Shown here piece after piece: positions 29,400 to 40,870 of a stretch of DNA of 62,503 nucleotides. A model generated the notes under the pieces. That model saw only the letters and a list, made by a program, of their open reading frames with translations, made no database searches and was not told the DNA's origin. The stretch covers positions 1 through 62,503 of the forward strand of contig CAYMDK010000006.1 in assembly GCA_964389465.1 (NCBI GenBank), written 5' to 3'. Both the position numbers and the translations under genes were made by a program. Numbering within the stretch: the stretch's first letter is position 1; every line of letters starts with the position of its first letter. This DNA is from an uncultured archaeon (GTDB lineage Archaea; Thermoplasmatota; Poseidoniia; MGIII; CG-Epi1).

Positions 29400-30130
29400 A
29401 AGTAAAGGTCCAGCGCGGCAGCGACGACGAGCTCTCGCTCGAGGAGTTCGAGGTTGCGCTCGAGCCGGGGATGGTGGTGCTCGACGCACTCCACCGCATC
29501 CAGGCCAGCGACGCGCCTGACCTGGCGGTGCGCTGGAACTGCAAGGCGGGCAAGTGCGGCTCCTGCTCGGCCGAGGTCAACGGGCAGCCGAAGCTGACCT
29601 GCATGACGCGGCTGGCGGACTACCCGGCTGACGAGCCGCTACTGGTGCAGCCAATGAAGGCGTTCCCGCTGGTGCGCGACCTCGTCTGCGACGTCTCCTG
29701 GAACTACGAGGTCAACCGGCGCATTCAGCCCTACCAGCACCCTGATATCGACGACCCCCGCATGGCGCAGGAGGACGTTGACCGGGTGCAGGAGTTCCGC
29801 AAGTGCATCGAGTGCTTCCTCTGCCAGGACACCTGCCACGTGCTGCGCGAGCACGAGCTGCACCCTGCGTTCGCGGGACCGCGCTTCCTTATCCGCCTCG
29901 CGGAGCTGGAGATGCACCCGCTCGACCAGGGTGACCGGCTCGCCGCGACGCGCGACGAGTTCGCCATCGGCTACTGCAACATCACCAAGTGCTGTACCGA
30001 GGTCTGCCCCGAAAACATCGAGATTACCGATAACGGCATTATCCCGCTCAAGGAGAGGGTCGTCGACGAATTCTACGACCCGCTGCGCTGGCTCTGGCGC
30101 AACACCGTTGGCAAGGTATTCGAAGCTTAA
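29396..30130 (+). CDS. sdhB: Succinate dehydrogenase/fumarate reductase iron-sulfur subunit
   Basis: CKAGKCGSC..C, CIECFLCQDTC, CNITKCCTEVCP. Confidence 0.95.
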   Translation: MKVKVQRGSDDELSLEEFEVALEPGMVVLDALHRIQASDAPDLAVRWNCKAGKCGSCSAEVNGQPKLTCMTRLADYPADEPLLVQPMKAFPLVRDLVCDVSWNYEVNRRIQPYQHPDIDDPRMAQEDVDRVQEFRKCIECFLCQDTCHVLREHELHPAFAGPRFLIRLAELEMHPLDQGDRLAATRDEFAIGYCNITKCCTEVCPENIEITDNGIIPLKERVVDEFYDPLRWLWRNTVGKVFEA

Positions 30131-30204
30131 CGGCGGCGGCGCAGCACGGCGACGAGCGCAATAACAGTAGCGACCGCGAGGAGGCCGCCATCCTCTTTCT
30201 TCAC
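30127..30204 (-). other. Orphan membrane-anchor micro-ORF or gene remnant (VKKEDGGLLAVATVIALVAVLRRRR-stop)
   Basis: Minus-strand translation; GTG at 30204 lies about 21-32 nt downstream of AAAAACTTAAAG. Confidence 0.5.
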
Positions 30205-30371
30205 TTCGGGCTCGGCATTACAGGCTTTAAGTTTTTGGGAAAAAGTTGCCGCTCAACCGGCAGACGGAGGTGGGAGGTGGGAGTTGCCCACCGGGAGCAG
30301 CCGCTTTTCAGCCCCGCAGAGTAAAAAAGAATTGGGGCGAGGCTGATAAACCGCGGACCACGTGCGGAGCC

Positions 30372-32010
<1,639 letters not shown>

Positions 32011-32018
<8 letters not shown>

Positions 32019-32874
32019 GCACCGCATGAACCTCATCCTCGCGTCGCAAGCCGACAGCGCCGCGCTCAACCAGCGCGACCGCCTGCTCGAGCTCGCGGAG
32101 TGGCACGCAGACGGCGAATTCCAGGGGAGCCCCGCATGGCGACTCGACGACGGCGGCGGCAGCTTCTGCGCAGCGGGAACCCGCATGGCGACGCTAGCGG
32201 AGCTGCACCTCCACGCCGAAAACATCGACCGCGAATGGGCGACGCAGTTCGGCGAAATTCCCGAATGTATCGCGTTCCTCTCGCGCCACAAGGCGGCCAG
32301 CGGACGACCCTCGCTGACAGTGCACCCGGTCGGCAACTGGGGTGCAGCCGACTACGGCGGGACGCCCGGCGCAGTCTCGGCGACCGCGCCGGGCTGGATG
32401 ACCGGGCTGCTGCTCGCCATCGCCCGCGCCGCGCCCGCCGGCTACCAGACCTGCTTCGAAGCGACGCACCACGGACCACTGCTTGAAACGCCGGCGTTCT
32501 TCGTCGAAATCGGCTCCGACGAGAGCCGCTGGGAATTGCGCGAGCCGGCCGAAGTACTGGCACGGGCGCTGCTCGCGCTCGAGCCAGCGAGCGGCACGCC
32601 GCTGGTGGGCATCGGCGGCGGCCACTACGCGCCGCGCTTCAGCGACGTCGCGCTCCAGCGCGAAGCGGTTTTCGGTCACATGGTCCCGAAATACGCGCTC
32701 GAGCAGTTGACGCCGGAGCTGCTGCGGTCGGCGCTAGAGCGCTCGGGGGCCCGGAGCATCTACCTGCACCGCAAGGGGATGCCGAAATCCGCCGTCACGC
32801 GCTGGCGCGACTGGGCCGGGAAAAATAGCATCGCAATCGTCAGCTCGAAAGAGCTGCCACAGCGTGAGAAATAG
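32011..32874 (+). CDS. dtdA: D-aminoacyl-tRNA deacylase (DTD2, archaeal/plant type)
   Basis: [42 protein letters not shown]; alternative ATG at 32026. Confidence 0.92.
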
Positions 32875-32911
32875 ACCAAAATTTCTAGACGACCAGTATA
32901 AAAAACCGGAA

Positions 32912-33856
32912 CTAGCCCGGGAGGAGCATCGCAATGACTGCCTGCTTGAGTTCGTCAACGCCAATTCCCTCCGTGGCCGAGACCGCCAGCGCTCCCTCTT
33001 CCGGGGGAGATTCCTGTTCCAGGTCACACTTGCCCTGCACCTCCAGCCAGGGCGCCTGCGGGTAGCGCGCGCGCAACTCGGCGCGCAGCGCCTGCTGGAC
33101 TTCGAGCGGGTAGCCCGAAGTCCCCGAAGCGTCGGTTAGGAACACCACGGCGGGCGCCAGATGCTCGAGCGCTGCGAGCCCCTGTTTCTCGATGTTGTTG
33201 CGCTCCGCGTCGGGACGGTCGAGCAGCCCCGGAGTGTCGAGCACCTGTATCTTCTGGTAGCGGGCGGTGATGTGCCCCAGACTCACCGACTTAGTAGTGA
33301 ACGGGTATTCGCGCACGACCGGCCGGCCGGTGGAGATGGCACGCACCAGGCTCGACTTGCCGACGTTGGGCGCGCCCGCCATCGCCACCAGCGGCGTTTC
33401 AGGATCGACCGCCGGCAGCTTGCGCAGCACCGACCGGGCGTCGCGCAGGAAATCCAGCCGGTCGGCGACCTGCCGCACCACCGAAGTCAGGCGTCCGTAG
33501 CCCTGCTTCTGTAGCTGGCGCGCCCGCTCGCCGCGGGCGCGCGCCGCCTGCGACGTGAAGCGGCCGCCCAGCTTCTGCAATTGCTTGCGCGCCCAGTCGA
33601 CGCCGCCCAGTGACTGCCGCAGCTCGTCCAGCCCGACGCTCAGGTCGACGATGTCACGGTCGAACGGGTGCAACTGGTCCAGGCTTGGGAAATCATCGAC
33701 AATCGCGCCGAGTGATGCTGCAAGGTTGTCGGAGAGCGAAGAGAGCTTGCGGGCAGCATTGTCGGAAGCGCCGCTCCGCTTCTTCGCGGCGCGGCGGAGC
33801 GCCCGCTCGACAAGTTGCTCTGCATCGAGTATCTCGGGCAGCGTGCGCCAGTCCAT
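32912..33856 (-). CDS. NOG1-family (Obg-like) GTP-binding protein
   Basis: GAPNVGKS, YPFTTK, DTPGLLDR, GKCD. Confidence 0.92.
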   Translation of the reverse strand: MDWRTLPEILDAEQLVERALRRAAKKRSGASDNAARKLSSLSDNLAASLGAIVDDFPSLDQLHPFDRDIVDLSVGLDELRQSLGGVDWARKQLQKLGGRFTSQAARARGERARQLQKQGYGRLTSVVRQVADRLDFLRDARSVLRKLPAVDPETPLVAMAGAPNVGKSSLVRAISTGRPVVREYPFTTKSVSLGHITARYQKIQVLDTPGLLDRPDAERNNIEKQGLAALEHLAPAVVFLTDASGTSGYPLEVQQALRAELRARYPQAPWLEVQGKCDLEQESPPEEGALAVSATEGIGVDELKQAVIAMLLPG

Positions 33857-33882
33857 GCTGGCGCGAAAACAGGGGGTCTAAA

Positions 33883-35109
33883 TCACATGTGGTCGATGAC
33901 GGCCTGCCCGAACTCGCTGCACTTCAGCAGCGTCGCGCCCTCCATCAGCCGGTGGAAATCATAGGTGACGCTGCGCGCCGTGATGGCGCCCGCGATGCCA
34001 CGGATGACATGGTCGGCCGCCTCGTTCCAGCCCAGGTAGCGCAGCATCATCTCGCCGCTCAGGATTACCGAGCCGGGGTTCACCTTGTCCTGCCCCGCAT
34101 ATTTCGGTGCGGTGCCGTGCGTCGCCTCGAAGAGCGCGTGGCCCGTTTCGTAGTTGATGTTGGCGCCCGGCGCGATGCCGATGCCACCCACCTGCGCCGC
34201 GAGCGCGTCAGAGATGTAGTCGCCGTTCAGGTTCATCGTCGCCAGCACGCTGTACTCGCGCGGGCGCGTCAGCAACTGCTGGAGCATCGCGTCGGCGATG
34301 ACGTCCTTGATGATGATGTCACGGCCCGTCTCCGGATTCTTCAGCGTGCACCACGGCCCGCCATCCAGTTCGGTCGCGCCGAACTCGTCGCGGGCGAGCG
34401 CGTAGCCCCAGTCGCGGAAGCCCCCCTCCGTGAATTTCATGATATTGCCCTTGTGGACCAGCGTCACGTTCGGCCTGTCCTGAGCGATGGCGTAGCGCAG
34501 CGCGGCGCGCACGATGCGCGCCGTGCCTTCCTGCGAGATGGGTTTGATGCCGATACCCGAAGTGTCGGGGAACCGGATTTTGGTGACGCCCATCTCCGAC
34601 TGCAGGAAGTCGATGACGCGTTGTGCCTCGGCCGAGCCCGCTTCCCACTCGATACCGGCGTAGACATCCTCCGAGTTTTCGCGGAAGATTATCATATCGA
34701 CCGCGCCCGGGTCCGTGACCGGGCTGGGGACGCCCTCGAACCACCGGATGGGGCGGACGCAGGCGAACAGGTCCAGCCGTTGCCGCAGCGTCACGTTGAG
34801 CGAACGAAAACCGCCGCCGACCGGGGTCGTCAGCGGCCCTTTCAGCGCCACCAGCTGCGTGCGAATCGCCTCGAGCGTTTCCTCGGGGAGCCACTCGCCG
34901 GTCGCGGCGTGCGCCGCTTCGCCCGCGAGCACTTCCCGCCAGGCGATACACCGTCGGTTGCCGTAGGCGCGCGCGACCGCTGCGTCGAGCACGTCACGCG
35001 CGACCGGCGTCACGTCATGGCCGATGCCGTCGCCGATAATCAGCGGGATTATCGGCTCGTCCGGGACGGAAAGTTCACCGTCGCGGCAGGTAATCGTCGC
35101 CGGGGCCAT
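33883..35109 (-). CDS. icd: Isocitrate dehydrogenase (NADP)
   Basis: [54 protein letters not shown]. Confidence 0.96.
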   Translation of the reverse strand: MAPATITCRDGELSVPDEPIIPLIIGDGIGHDVTPVARDVLDAAVARAYGNRRCIAWREVLAGEAAHAATGEWLPEETLEAIRTQLVALKGPLTTPVGGGFRSLNVTLRQRLDLFACVRPIRWFEGVPSPVTDPGAVDMIIFRENSEDVYAGIEWEAGSAEAQRVIDFLQSEMGVTKIRFPDTSGIGIKPISQEGTARIVRAALRYAIAQDRPNVTLVHKGNIMKFTEGGFRDWGYALARDEFGATELDGGPWCTLKNPETGRDIIIKDVIADAMLQQLLTRPREYSVLATMNLNGDYISDALAAQVGGIGIAPGANINYETGHALFEATHGTAPKYAGQDKVNPGSVILSGEMMLRYLGWNEAADHVIRGIAGAITARSVTYDFHRLMEGATLLKCSEFGQAVIDHM

Positions 35110-35172
35110 CGCTCGCCCATTCACGTGAGTATAAACCGGCTACTGCTTTATTCCCGCTCCCGCTGCGGGGAC

Positions 35173-36090
35173 ATGGGACTGCTTGACAGGCTGGTGGTCG
35201 GCAGCGCGCCATGGATGCCGCGCTTCGTCATCGGCCGCGTCGCAGCGCGCTACATCGCGGGCGATTCGCTCGAGGATGGCCTTGCGCTGGCGGAACACCT
35301 GAACACGCAGGGCTTCGCCGGGACGCTCGACGTGCTGGGTGAGGAAGTCCACGCACCGGAGGCGACGCTGCGGTTCCGCGACGCCTACCTTGAGGCGCTG
35401 GACGGTATCGCCAATCGCGGAGCAGATTGCAACGTCTCGCTCAAGCTTACCGCGCTCGGGCTGCGCATCGACCCCGACCTCTGCTGGGACAACCTTGCAG
35501 CCATTCTCGACCGCGCGCGCGAGTTCGACAATTTCGTCCGCTTCGACATGGAGGACTCGAGCGTCACGCGGGCGACGCTCGAGATGTGCCAGCGCGCGCG
35601 CGAATACTACCCTCTGTGCGGGACGGTGCTGCAGGCGTGCCTGCGCCGCACGCTGGAGGATGCGCGTGGCCTGGCGGGGGCGGGAAGCAACGTGCGCATC
35701 TGCAAGGGCGCCTACGTCGAGGCGGAGGCGATTGCGTTTCAGGAATTCCAGGAAATCCGCGACAGCTTCATGGCGACCGCGCGGCAACTGCTCGAACAGG
35801 GCACTTACGCCTGCTTCGCGACGCACGACCTGTGGCTCATCGAGCGCTGCGAGGCACTCGTCACCGAACTGGAGGTCGCGCCCGACCGCTACGAATTCCA
35901 GGCGCTCTCGGGGGTGCCGGTCGAGGCTACGCTCGACCGGCTCGTCGCAGCGGGGCACCGCGTCCGCTACTACATCCCGTTCGGGCCGGAGTGGTACGCC
36001 TACTCGCTGCGCCGCATGCGCGAGAACCCCGCTATCTGGCGGCATACGCTGCGCGCCATGTTCTCGCGCTCGCGCCACCGCCGCCGCTAG
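35173..36090 (+). CDS. Proline dehydrogenase (monofunctional)
   Basis: RYIAG, DVLGE, SLKLTALG, DMEDS, RICKGAY, ATHD, YIPFG.EWYAYSLRRMRE; start re-chosen at ATG 35173. Confidence 0.93.
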   Translation: MGLLDRLVVGSAPWMPRFVIGRVAARYIAGDSLEDGLALAEHLNTQGFAGTLDVLGEEVHAPEATLRFRDAYLEALDGIANRGADCNVSLKLTALGLRIDPDLCWDNLAAILDRAREFDNFVRFDMEDSSVTRATLEMCQRAREYYPLCGTVLQACLRRTLEDARGLAGAGSNVRICKGAYVEAEAIAFQEFQEIRDSFMATARQLLEQGTYACFATHDLWLIERCEALVTELEVAPDRYEFQALSGVPVEATLDRLVAAGHRVRYYIPFGPEWYAYSLRRMRENPAIWRHTLRAMFSRSRHRRR

Positions 36091-36884
36091 AACGGCAGGT
36101 CGTCGAGCAGCCCCGGCCCCAGCACCAATGCGTCGGCTGCGCCGGCCGCAAGCCGCTCGTCCTCGCACGGGCGCTTGACGAAGCCCAGCGCCAGCTCGCT
36201 CCCGTCGGGCTGCAGCGCGCTGCTGGTCACCTCGCCCGCCGGTGCGCCGTCGCGCTCGAGCGGGGTGCCGGCCTCCACGGGCGCCGAGAGCTGCAGCCGC
36301 GTCAGGCGACGGCGCAGCCCGCCCATGTTCCGCAGCTTCGAGATGACTTCCTGTCCGGGGTAGCAGCCCGCCTCGGACGGAACCAGCATGCCGAGTCCCG
36401 CCTCGAGCGGGTTGCGTCGCGCGACGCCTTCAGCGTCCCAGTCTGGGATGCCCGTGGCGAGCCGCGCCAGTTGCGCCAGCTGCGGCTCACCGTCGGCCGT
36501 GAGGCCGGGACCGGCGGTGACCGACTGGCCGAGCAGCGCCCGGAAGCGCACGGTGTCGCCGTCCGGGGTCCAGCCGTCGGCGACCGCCGCCTGCTCGGCG
36601 GCGGTCGCCCAGTCGAGGCGCTCGATGGAAACGTCAGCCGCGAGCACGAATTTCTCCAGCTCCTCGACGACCGGTTCGCCGCCGCTGGCGATTCCGGCGA
36701 GCGTGCGCCCTTCGTCGGCGAGCAGCCATAGCTCGCCCAGCGTGCGGCCGGTGCGCGACAGCAGCAGCCCGTGTGCAGTCTCGCCCGGCGCGAGGCTGGT
36801 GACGGAACAGGTGAGCATCCGCTCGAGGTAGTCGCGCTGCTCGCTGCCGGTGCAGGCGAGCCACTGCCAGTCGAGGCTCCACAT
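36087..36884 (-). CDS. YgfZ/GcvT-like folate-binding protein
   Basis: GCYPGQEVI motif; NPLEAGL; GEVTSS. Confidence 0.85.
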   Translation of the reverse strand: MWSLDWQWLACTGSEQRDYLERMLTCSVTSLAPGETAHGLLLSRTGRTLGELWLLADEGRTLAGIASGGEPVVEELEKFVLAADVSIERLDWATAAEQAAVADGWTPDGDTVRFRALLGQSVTAGPGLTADGEPQLAQLARLATGIPDWDAEGVARRNPLEAGLGMLVPSEAGCYPGQEVISKLRNMGGLRRRLTRLQLSAPVEAGTPLERDGAPAGEVTSSALQPDGSELALGFVKRPCEDERLAAGAADALVLGPGLLDDLPF

Positions 36885-36935
36885 CGCAGCGGCAGAGCGC
36901 CAGCCTTATGTAAAGCGGTTTTGTAGCGCGGCATC

Positions 36936-37796
36936 ATGGCAGCCAGGCGAATCCGCAAGGGAAAGAAGCCGGAGCGGACCGCGACCCTGCAAGGCGGCCG
37001 GCCGACGGTGGCGCTCGCGCTCGGCGCGCTCATGATTGTGAGCGTCTTCGCCGGGGTGGTGCTGTTCCTGATTCCCGAGGATGCGCCGACCATCACCTAC
37101 GGCGTCGAGGCGGAATTCCTGCAGGATACCATCGAGACCGGGCAGGGTGGCCAGAGCGACTTCGTGCTGGTAGTGCAGAACACCGGCTCGCATGGTGATA
37201 CGTTCAACGTCGCTGTGCAATCCAACGACGGTGGCTTCGATATCGCCATCGAAAACGGCTTCGAGTCGGTCGACGTCGCCTCCGGGAAGCGGCTGCCGCT
37301 GCTGGTGCACGCCACCTCGCCCAACGCCGGGCTGCTCTACGCGACGCTGCGCGTCAGCTCGCAGGGCGACCCTGCTACCGCAACCAGCCTGCGGCTCTAC
37401 GTCAACGCCTCCGGGGACTTCGGCAACCAGACCCAGCGCGGCGACTCGGTCGACGTCTGGTATGCCGGAATTCAGGCCAGCGACGGCATCCTGTTCGACA
37501 CCAATATCGAGTCCATCTTCAAGTCAGACTACCCGCGCAAGGCATCCGCCAGCGAGCATTACGACCTGCTGACGGCGCCCAACGTCGGCTGCGAGGCGAC
37601 CGGAGTCCCCGACGAGAGCTGTCAGGGCGGGCGGCAGATGATTCCCGGCTTCGACAACAAGCTGGTCGGCATGCACGAAGGGCAGACTCTGGCGGTGCGC
37701 ATCCCTGCGCAGGACGCCTACGGCACAAACCCGGAAGCGCACGCGCTGGGCGGGCAGGACCTGATTTTCTTCATCACCCTCGCGGCCATCGTTTGA
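36936..37796 (+). CDS. Membrane-anchored FKBP-type peptidyl-prolyl isomerase with Ig-like domain
   Basis: N-terminal TM; GDSVDVWYAG..G.LFDT, MIPGFD..LVGM, IPAQDAYG, LGGQDLIF. Confidence 0.85.
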   Translation: MAARRIRKGKKPERTATLQGGRPTVALALGALMIVSVFAGVVLFLIPEDAPTITYGVEAEFLQDTIETGQGGQSDFVLVVQNTGSHGDTFNVAVQSNDGGFDIAIENGFESVDVASGKRLPLLVHATSPNAGLLYATLRVSSQGDPATATSLRLYVNASGDFGNQTQRGDSVDVWYAGIQASDGILFDTNIESIFKSDYPRKASASEHYDLLTAPNVGCEATGVPDESCQGGRQMIPGFDNKLVGMHEGQTLAVRIPAQDAYGTNPEAHALGGQDLIFFITLAAIV

Positions 37797-38347
37797 GCCC
37801 GGGGGAATGGGAAACCGGTGAAGCCGAGGAGCGTGGCCAGTTCCGCATCTTCCGCGTCAAGGAAGTCAAGGCGACCTCGCCCCGCACCGGCAAGGCCCTG
37901 AGCTTCTACCTGCTCGAGTGCAACGACTGGGTCAACGTCATCCCTCTTACGGAGGCGGGCGAAGTGGTGATGATTCGGCAGTACCGCTTCGGGACGCAGC
38001 AGGTGGAACTGGAGATTCCGGGCGGCGTCATCGAGGAGGGCGAAACCCCGGAAGAGGCGGCGGTGCGCGAACTCGAGGAGGAGACGGGCTACACCGGCGG
38101 CGAAGTTTCGTACCTCGGGTCGGTCTCGCCCAACCCCGCTTTCCACACCAACCGCTGTCACACCGTCATTATTCAGGGCGTAAAGCCCGACGGGACGCAG
38201 TCGCTCGACCCGGGCGAGGACCTCGAGGTGGAGCTACGGTCGCTTGGCGATATTCCCGGGCTGGTTGCCGACGGCACTATCCGCCACTCGCTGGTGATGG
38301 CCGCGTTCCAGCTGCTGGGGCTGGCGGCCGAGACTCCCACCGACTAG
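37793..38347 (+). CDS. NUDIX hydrolase (ADP-ribose pyrophosphatase-like)
   Basis: RQYRF, EIPGG..GETPEEAAVRELEEETGY. Confidence 0.9.
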   Translation: MSPGEWETGEAEERGQFRIFRVKEVKATSPRTGKALSFYLLECNDWVNVIPLTEAGEVVMIRQYRFGTQQVELEIPGGVIEEGETPEEAAVRELEEETGYTGGEVSYLGSVSPNPAFHTNRCHTVIIQGVKPDGTQSLDPGEDLEVELRSLGDIPGLVADGTIRHSLVMAAFQLLGLAAETPTD

Positions 38348-39264
38348 ACCGCAAACGCTCCGAAACGTCGGCAGAACTGGCACTCGCCCGCGCCGCCGGC
38401 CGGCTCGCCGCAGGTGGGGCAGCGCGCAAGCGGCTGCGGCGCCTCGAGGCTTTCGCGCATGCGGTCCATCCCGCGCAGAAGTCCGTGGCGCGTCCCCGGT
38501 TGCGCCTGCTCAAGCTGTAGCAGCAGGTCTCGGAACAGGTTGCGCTGCGCCGCCGCCGCGTGCGGGCAGTCGCCGGTATGGAACTCCCACCCCTGCAACA
38601 GCGCCAGCAGGTAGACCTCCTGCTCGGGGATGCGGCGTAGTGGCAGCAGCCGTGGCACCATTCCCGGCTGCCGGTGTGTGTGCGGCGCCATGCGCTGCAG
38701 CCGCGCCACGTCACCGCGCGCGTGGTTCATCAGCACCGTCTGCGCACAGTCGTCCAGGTTGTGCCCCAGCACCAGCGCATCGACCCCGGCGTCGCGCGCC
38801 GCCAAATTGAGCGCGCGGCGGCGCAGGATACCGCAGGGTGAGCAGGGCGACCCCGCGGGCGGCTGCGTTTGCAGCAGCTCGTCGAGGCCCATCCCGACGA
38901 GGTCACGGTAGCTGCTGGTGCGCAGCTCGACACCCAGCGCGTCGCAACCGCGACGCGCGCACTCCAGTGCCGGGGCGCGGTAGCCGGTGATACCTTCGTC
39001 GACCGCCAGCGCGACCAGCTCCAGCCTCCGCTGCGCCGCCCACGCCTGTACCAGGTGTAGCGCGACCGTCGAGTCCTTGCCACCCGAGAGCGCGACCGCC
39101 ACTCGCTGTAACGGCTCGCCACTGGCTTCGAGTGCAGAGACCTGCTGGCGCAATTCACGTTGCACCGACTTTTCTACTGCAGAAACGAAGTGGCGTTGAC
39201 AGAGGCTTTCGCCAGAATAGCGACGGTCAAGGACCGGAGCGGTCGTGCAGGCACGGCAAGCCAT
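38344..39264 (-). CDS. tRNA 2-thiolation protein (TtuA/Ncs6 family)
   Basis: Terminal Cys zinc fingers, SGGKDS PP-loop, CSPCG, GHNLDD. Confidence 0.9.
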   Translation of the reverse strand: MACRACTTAPVLDRRYSGESLCQRHFVSAVEKSVQRELRQQVSALEASGEPLQRVAVALSGGKDSTVALHLVQAWAAQRRLELVALAVDEGITGYRAPALECARRGCDALGVELRTSSYRDLVGMGLDELLQTQPPAGSPCSPCGILRRRALNLAARDAGVDALVLGHNLDDCAQTVLMNHARGDVARLQRMAPHTHRQPGMVPRLLPLRRIPEQEVYLLALLQGWEFHTGDCPHAAAAQRNLFRDLLLQLEQAQPGTRHGLLRGMDRMRESLEAPQPLARCPTCGEPAGGAGECQFCRRFGAFAV

Positions 39265-39309
39265 GCCGCGGCAGTAGCGAGCAGGTATAGCGCCTGCGGC
39301 GACCGAAAG

Positions 39310-39392
39310 TATGACACAACTATGACTCCTTAAATTACGATATATCTTTTAAATGACGCAAATATGCCGTCATTAACCGATAAGTTTATATA
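39310..39392 (+). promoter_or_regulatory. Promoter of RHH-ftsZ: TATGAC direct repeats, AATGACG-N9-CGTCATT inverted repeat, BRE/TATA
   Basis: tatgac at 39310 and 39321; arms 39352-39358 and 39368-39374; TTTATATA at 39385-39392, ~28 nt before the ATG. Confidence 0.7.
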
Positions 39393-39419
39393 TGTTATTC
39401 ACAGATAGGCTCGACAGAC

Positions 39420-39824
39420 ATGGCACCATTGGGTCCCCTTAACTCTAACCGCCTGACCGTGCGGCTGGATGCAGAGCGGGCGACACAACTGGAATATTAC
39501 GCCACCCAGAACCCGATGACTGTGCGTTCCTACAATCAGGTACTGCAGGAGGCACTCGATGAATTTCTGGAGCGCCACACCTTTACCCCGGGCCGTAGCA
39601 ACCTCACAATATCCCTACCAGAAAAGCAGATGGAGAAATTGAACGACCTGAAGGAGAATGGCTTCGGTTCAATTGACGAACTTATCAACGAGGCAGTTTC
39701 ATCGCAGGCTCGCAAGATGTGGCGGGAGGAGCGGGAGTACCACGCCCTCGCCAGCGATGCTGACAAGGTGAGGTCTCGCCGCCATGAGATTTTTTCCGAA
39801 TGGACCAGAGGTAATGAAAAATGA
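39420..39824 (+). CDS. Tandem ribbon-helix-helix protein (CdrS-like position upstream of ftsZ)
   Basis: RLTVRLD..VLQEALDEFL and NLTISLP..SIDELINEAV; ATGA overlap with ftsZ. Confidence 0.78.
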   Translation: MAPLGPLNSNRLTVRLDAERATQLEYYATQNPMTVRSYNQVLQEALDEFLERHTFTPGRSNLTISLPEKQMEKLNDLKENGFGSIDELINEAVSSQARKMWREEREYHALASDADKVRSRRHEIFSEWTRGNEK

Positions 39825-40870
39825 TGGACAGACTAGAGAGCTTTGACAACGACGAACTACTGCAGTTCGTCCAGGAACCACGCATCCAGATGCTTGGTGT
39901 CGGTGGGGCCGGTAATAACATCCTGACACGCCTGTACCGGCGTGGACTGGGGGGTGTGCAGACCGTCGCCATCAACACAGACGCGATGCACCTCAACGAG
40001 TGTCAGGCACACCATAAGCTGGTCCTCGGCGCCGACAGCACAAGGGGGCGTGGCGCGGGTGGCAACCCGGGCGTCGGCCGCATGGCTGCCGAGGCGGACC
40101 ACGAGCGCATCGCGAAAGTTCTGGACGACAATGACCTTACTTTCGTTATCGCAGGCATGGGGGGCGGCACCGGAACCGGTGCGGCGCCCGTAATCGCACG
40201 GCAGGCACGGCAGGCAGGACAACTCGTAGTTGGTGTCGCCATCATGCCCTTCGAGGCAGAGGGCGACGGCAAGCGTGCAGCCGGATTCGACGGAATGCGC
40301 GAATTCAAAGCGGCCTGCAACAGCCTTATCGAGCTGGACAACGAGAACCTCAACAAACTGGCGCCAGATTATCCAATCAAGCGTGCTTTCGGCGTCATGA
40401 GCGACCTGGTTGTGGACATGGTACAGGAGCTGGCCCAGATTGTGATAGAGCCCTCAACTATCAATGTTGATTTTGCTGACCTGAAACGAATAATAGAGGC
40501 GGGCGGCAGTGCCAAGGTGCTCTACGGCGAGTCAGACAACTCGGCCCCCGGTTCGGTACTCGATGCAATTCTGGGCAATCCCCTGCTTGACACCCGCTAC
40601 AAAGGTGCCGAGGCAATGCTGCTGCACGTGACCGCCGGAAGCGACTTCTCGCTCAACAACTGCCACGAGGTTCTCGCGGCACTCAAGTTCGACCTTTCCG
40701 AGGATGTCAACCTCATCTGGGGACTGCGCACTGACGAACAGCTTGACAAACGCGTCAAAGTGGTCCTGCTGGTGTCCGCCATTCCCAATAGCGAGGAAGA
40801 CCTCGATATCGAACGGTTCGATGAGGCGATAGCGTCCCCGCTAGGCGATGCTATCCCGATGGTAGGCTGA
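39821..40870 (+). CDS. ftsZ: Cell division protein FtsZ (FtsZ2-like by context)
   Basis: GVGGAGNN, INTD, GAGGNP, GMGGGTGTG, T7 loop INVDFAD. Confidence 0.95.
   Translation: MMDRLESFDNDELLQFVQEPRIQMLGVGGAGNNILTRLYRRGLGGVQTVAINTDAMHLNECQAHHKLVLGADSTRGRGAGGNPGVGRMAAEADHERIAKVLDDNDLTFVIAGMGGGTGTGAAPVIARQARQAGQLVVGVAIMPFEAEGDGKRAAGFDGMREFKAACNSLIELDNENLNKLAPDYPIKRAFGVMSDLVVDMVQELAQIVIEPSTINVDFADLKRIIEAGGSAKVLYGESDNSAPGSVLDAILGNPLLDTRYKGAEAMLLHVTAGSDFSLNNCHEVLAALKFDLSEDVNLIWGLRTDEQLDKRVKVVLLVSAIPNSEEDLDIERFDEAIASPLGDAIPMVG

Noticed and set aside
32875-32911. AT-rich spacer between dtdA and the GTPase as an element scar
   Set aside because: Only 37 bp with weak symmetry; adequately explained as a convergent terminator region.
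33610-36090. 826-aa ORF as a fusion protein
   Set aside because: The first ~520 codons lie antisense to icd and the GTPase; only the part from ATG 35173 is proline dehydrogenase.
39821-40870. CetZ/TubZ or plasmid segregation system
   Set aside because: FtsZ-type GAGGNP and INVDFAD motifs are intact and the context is chromosomal housekeeping.
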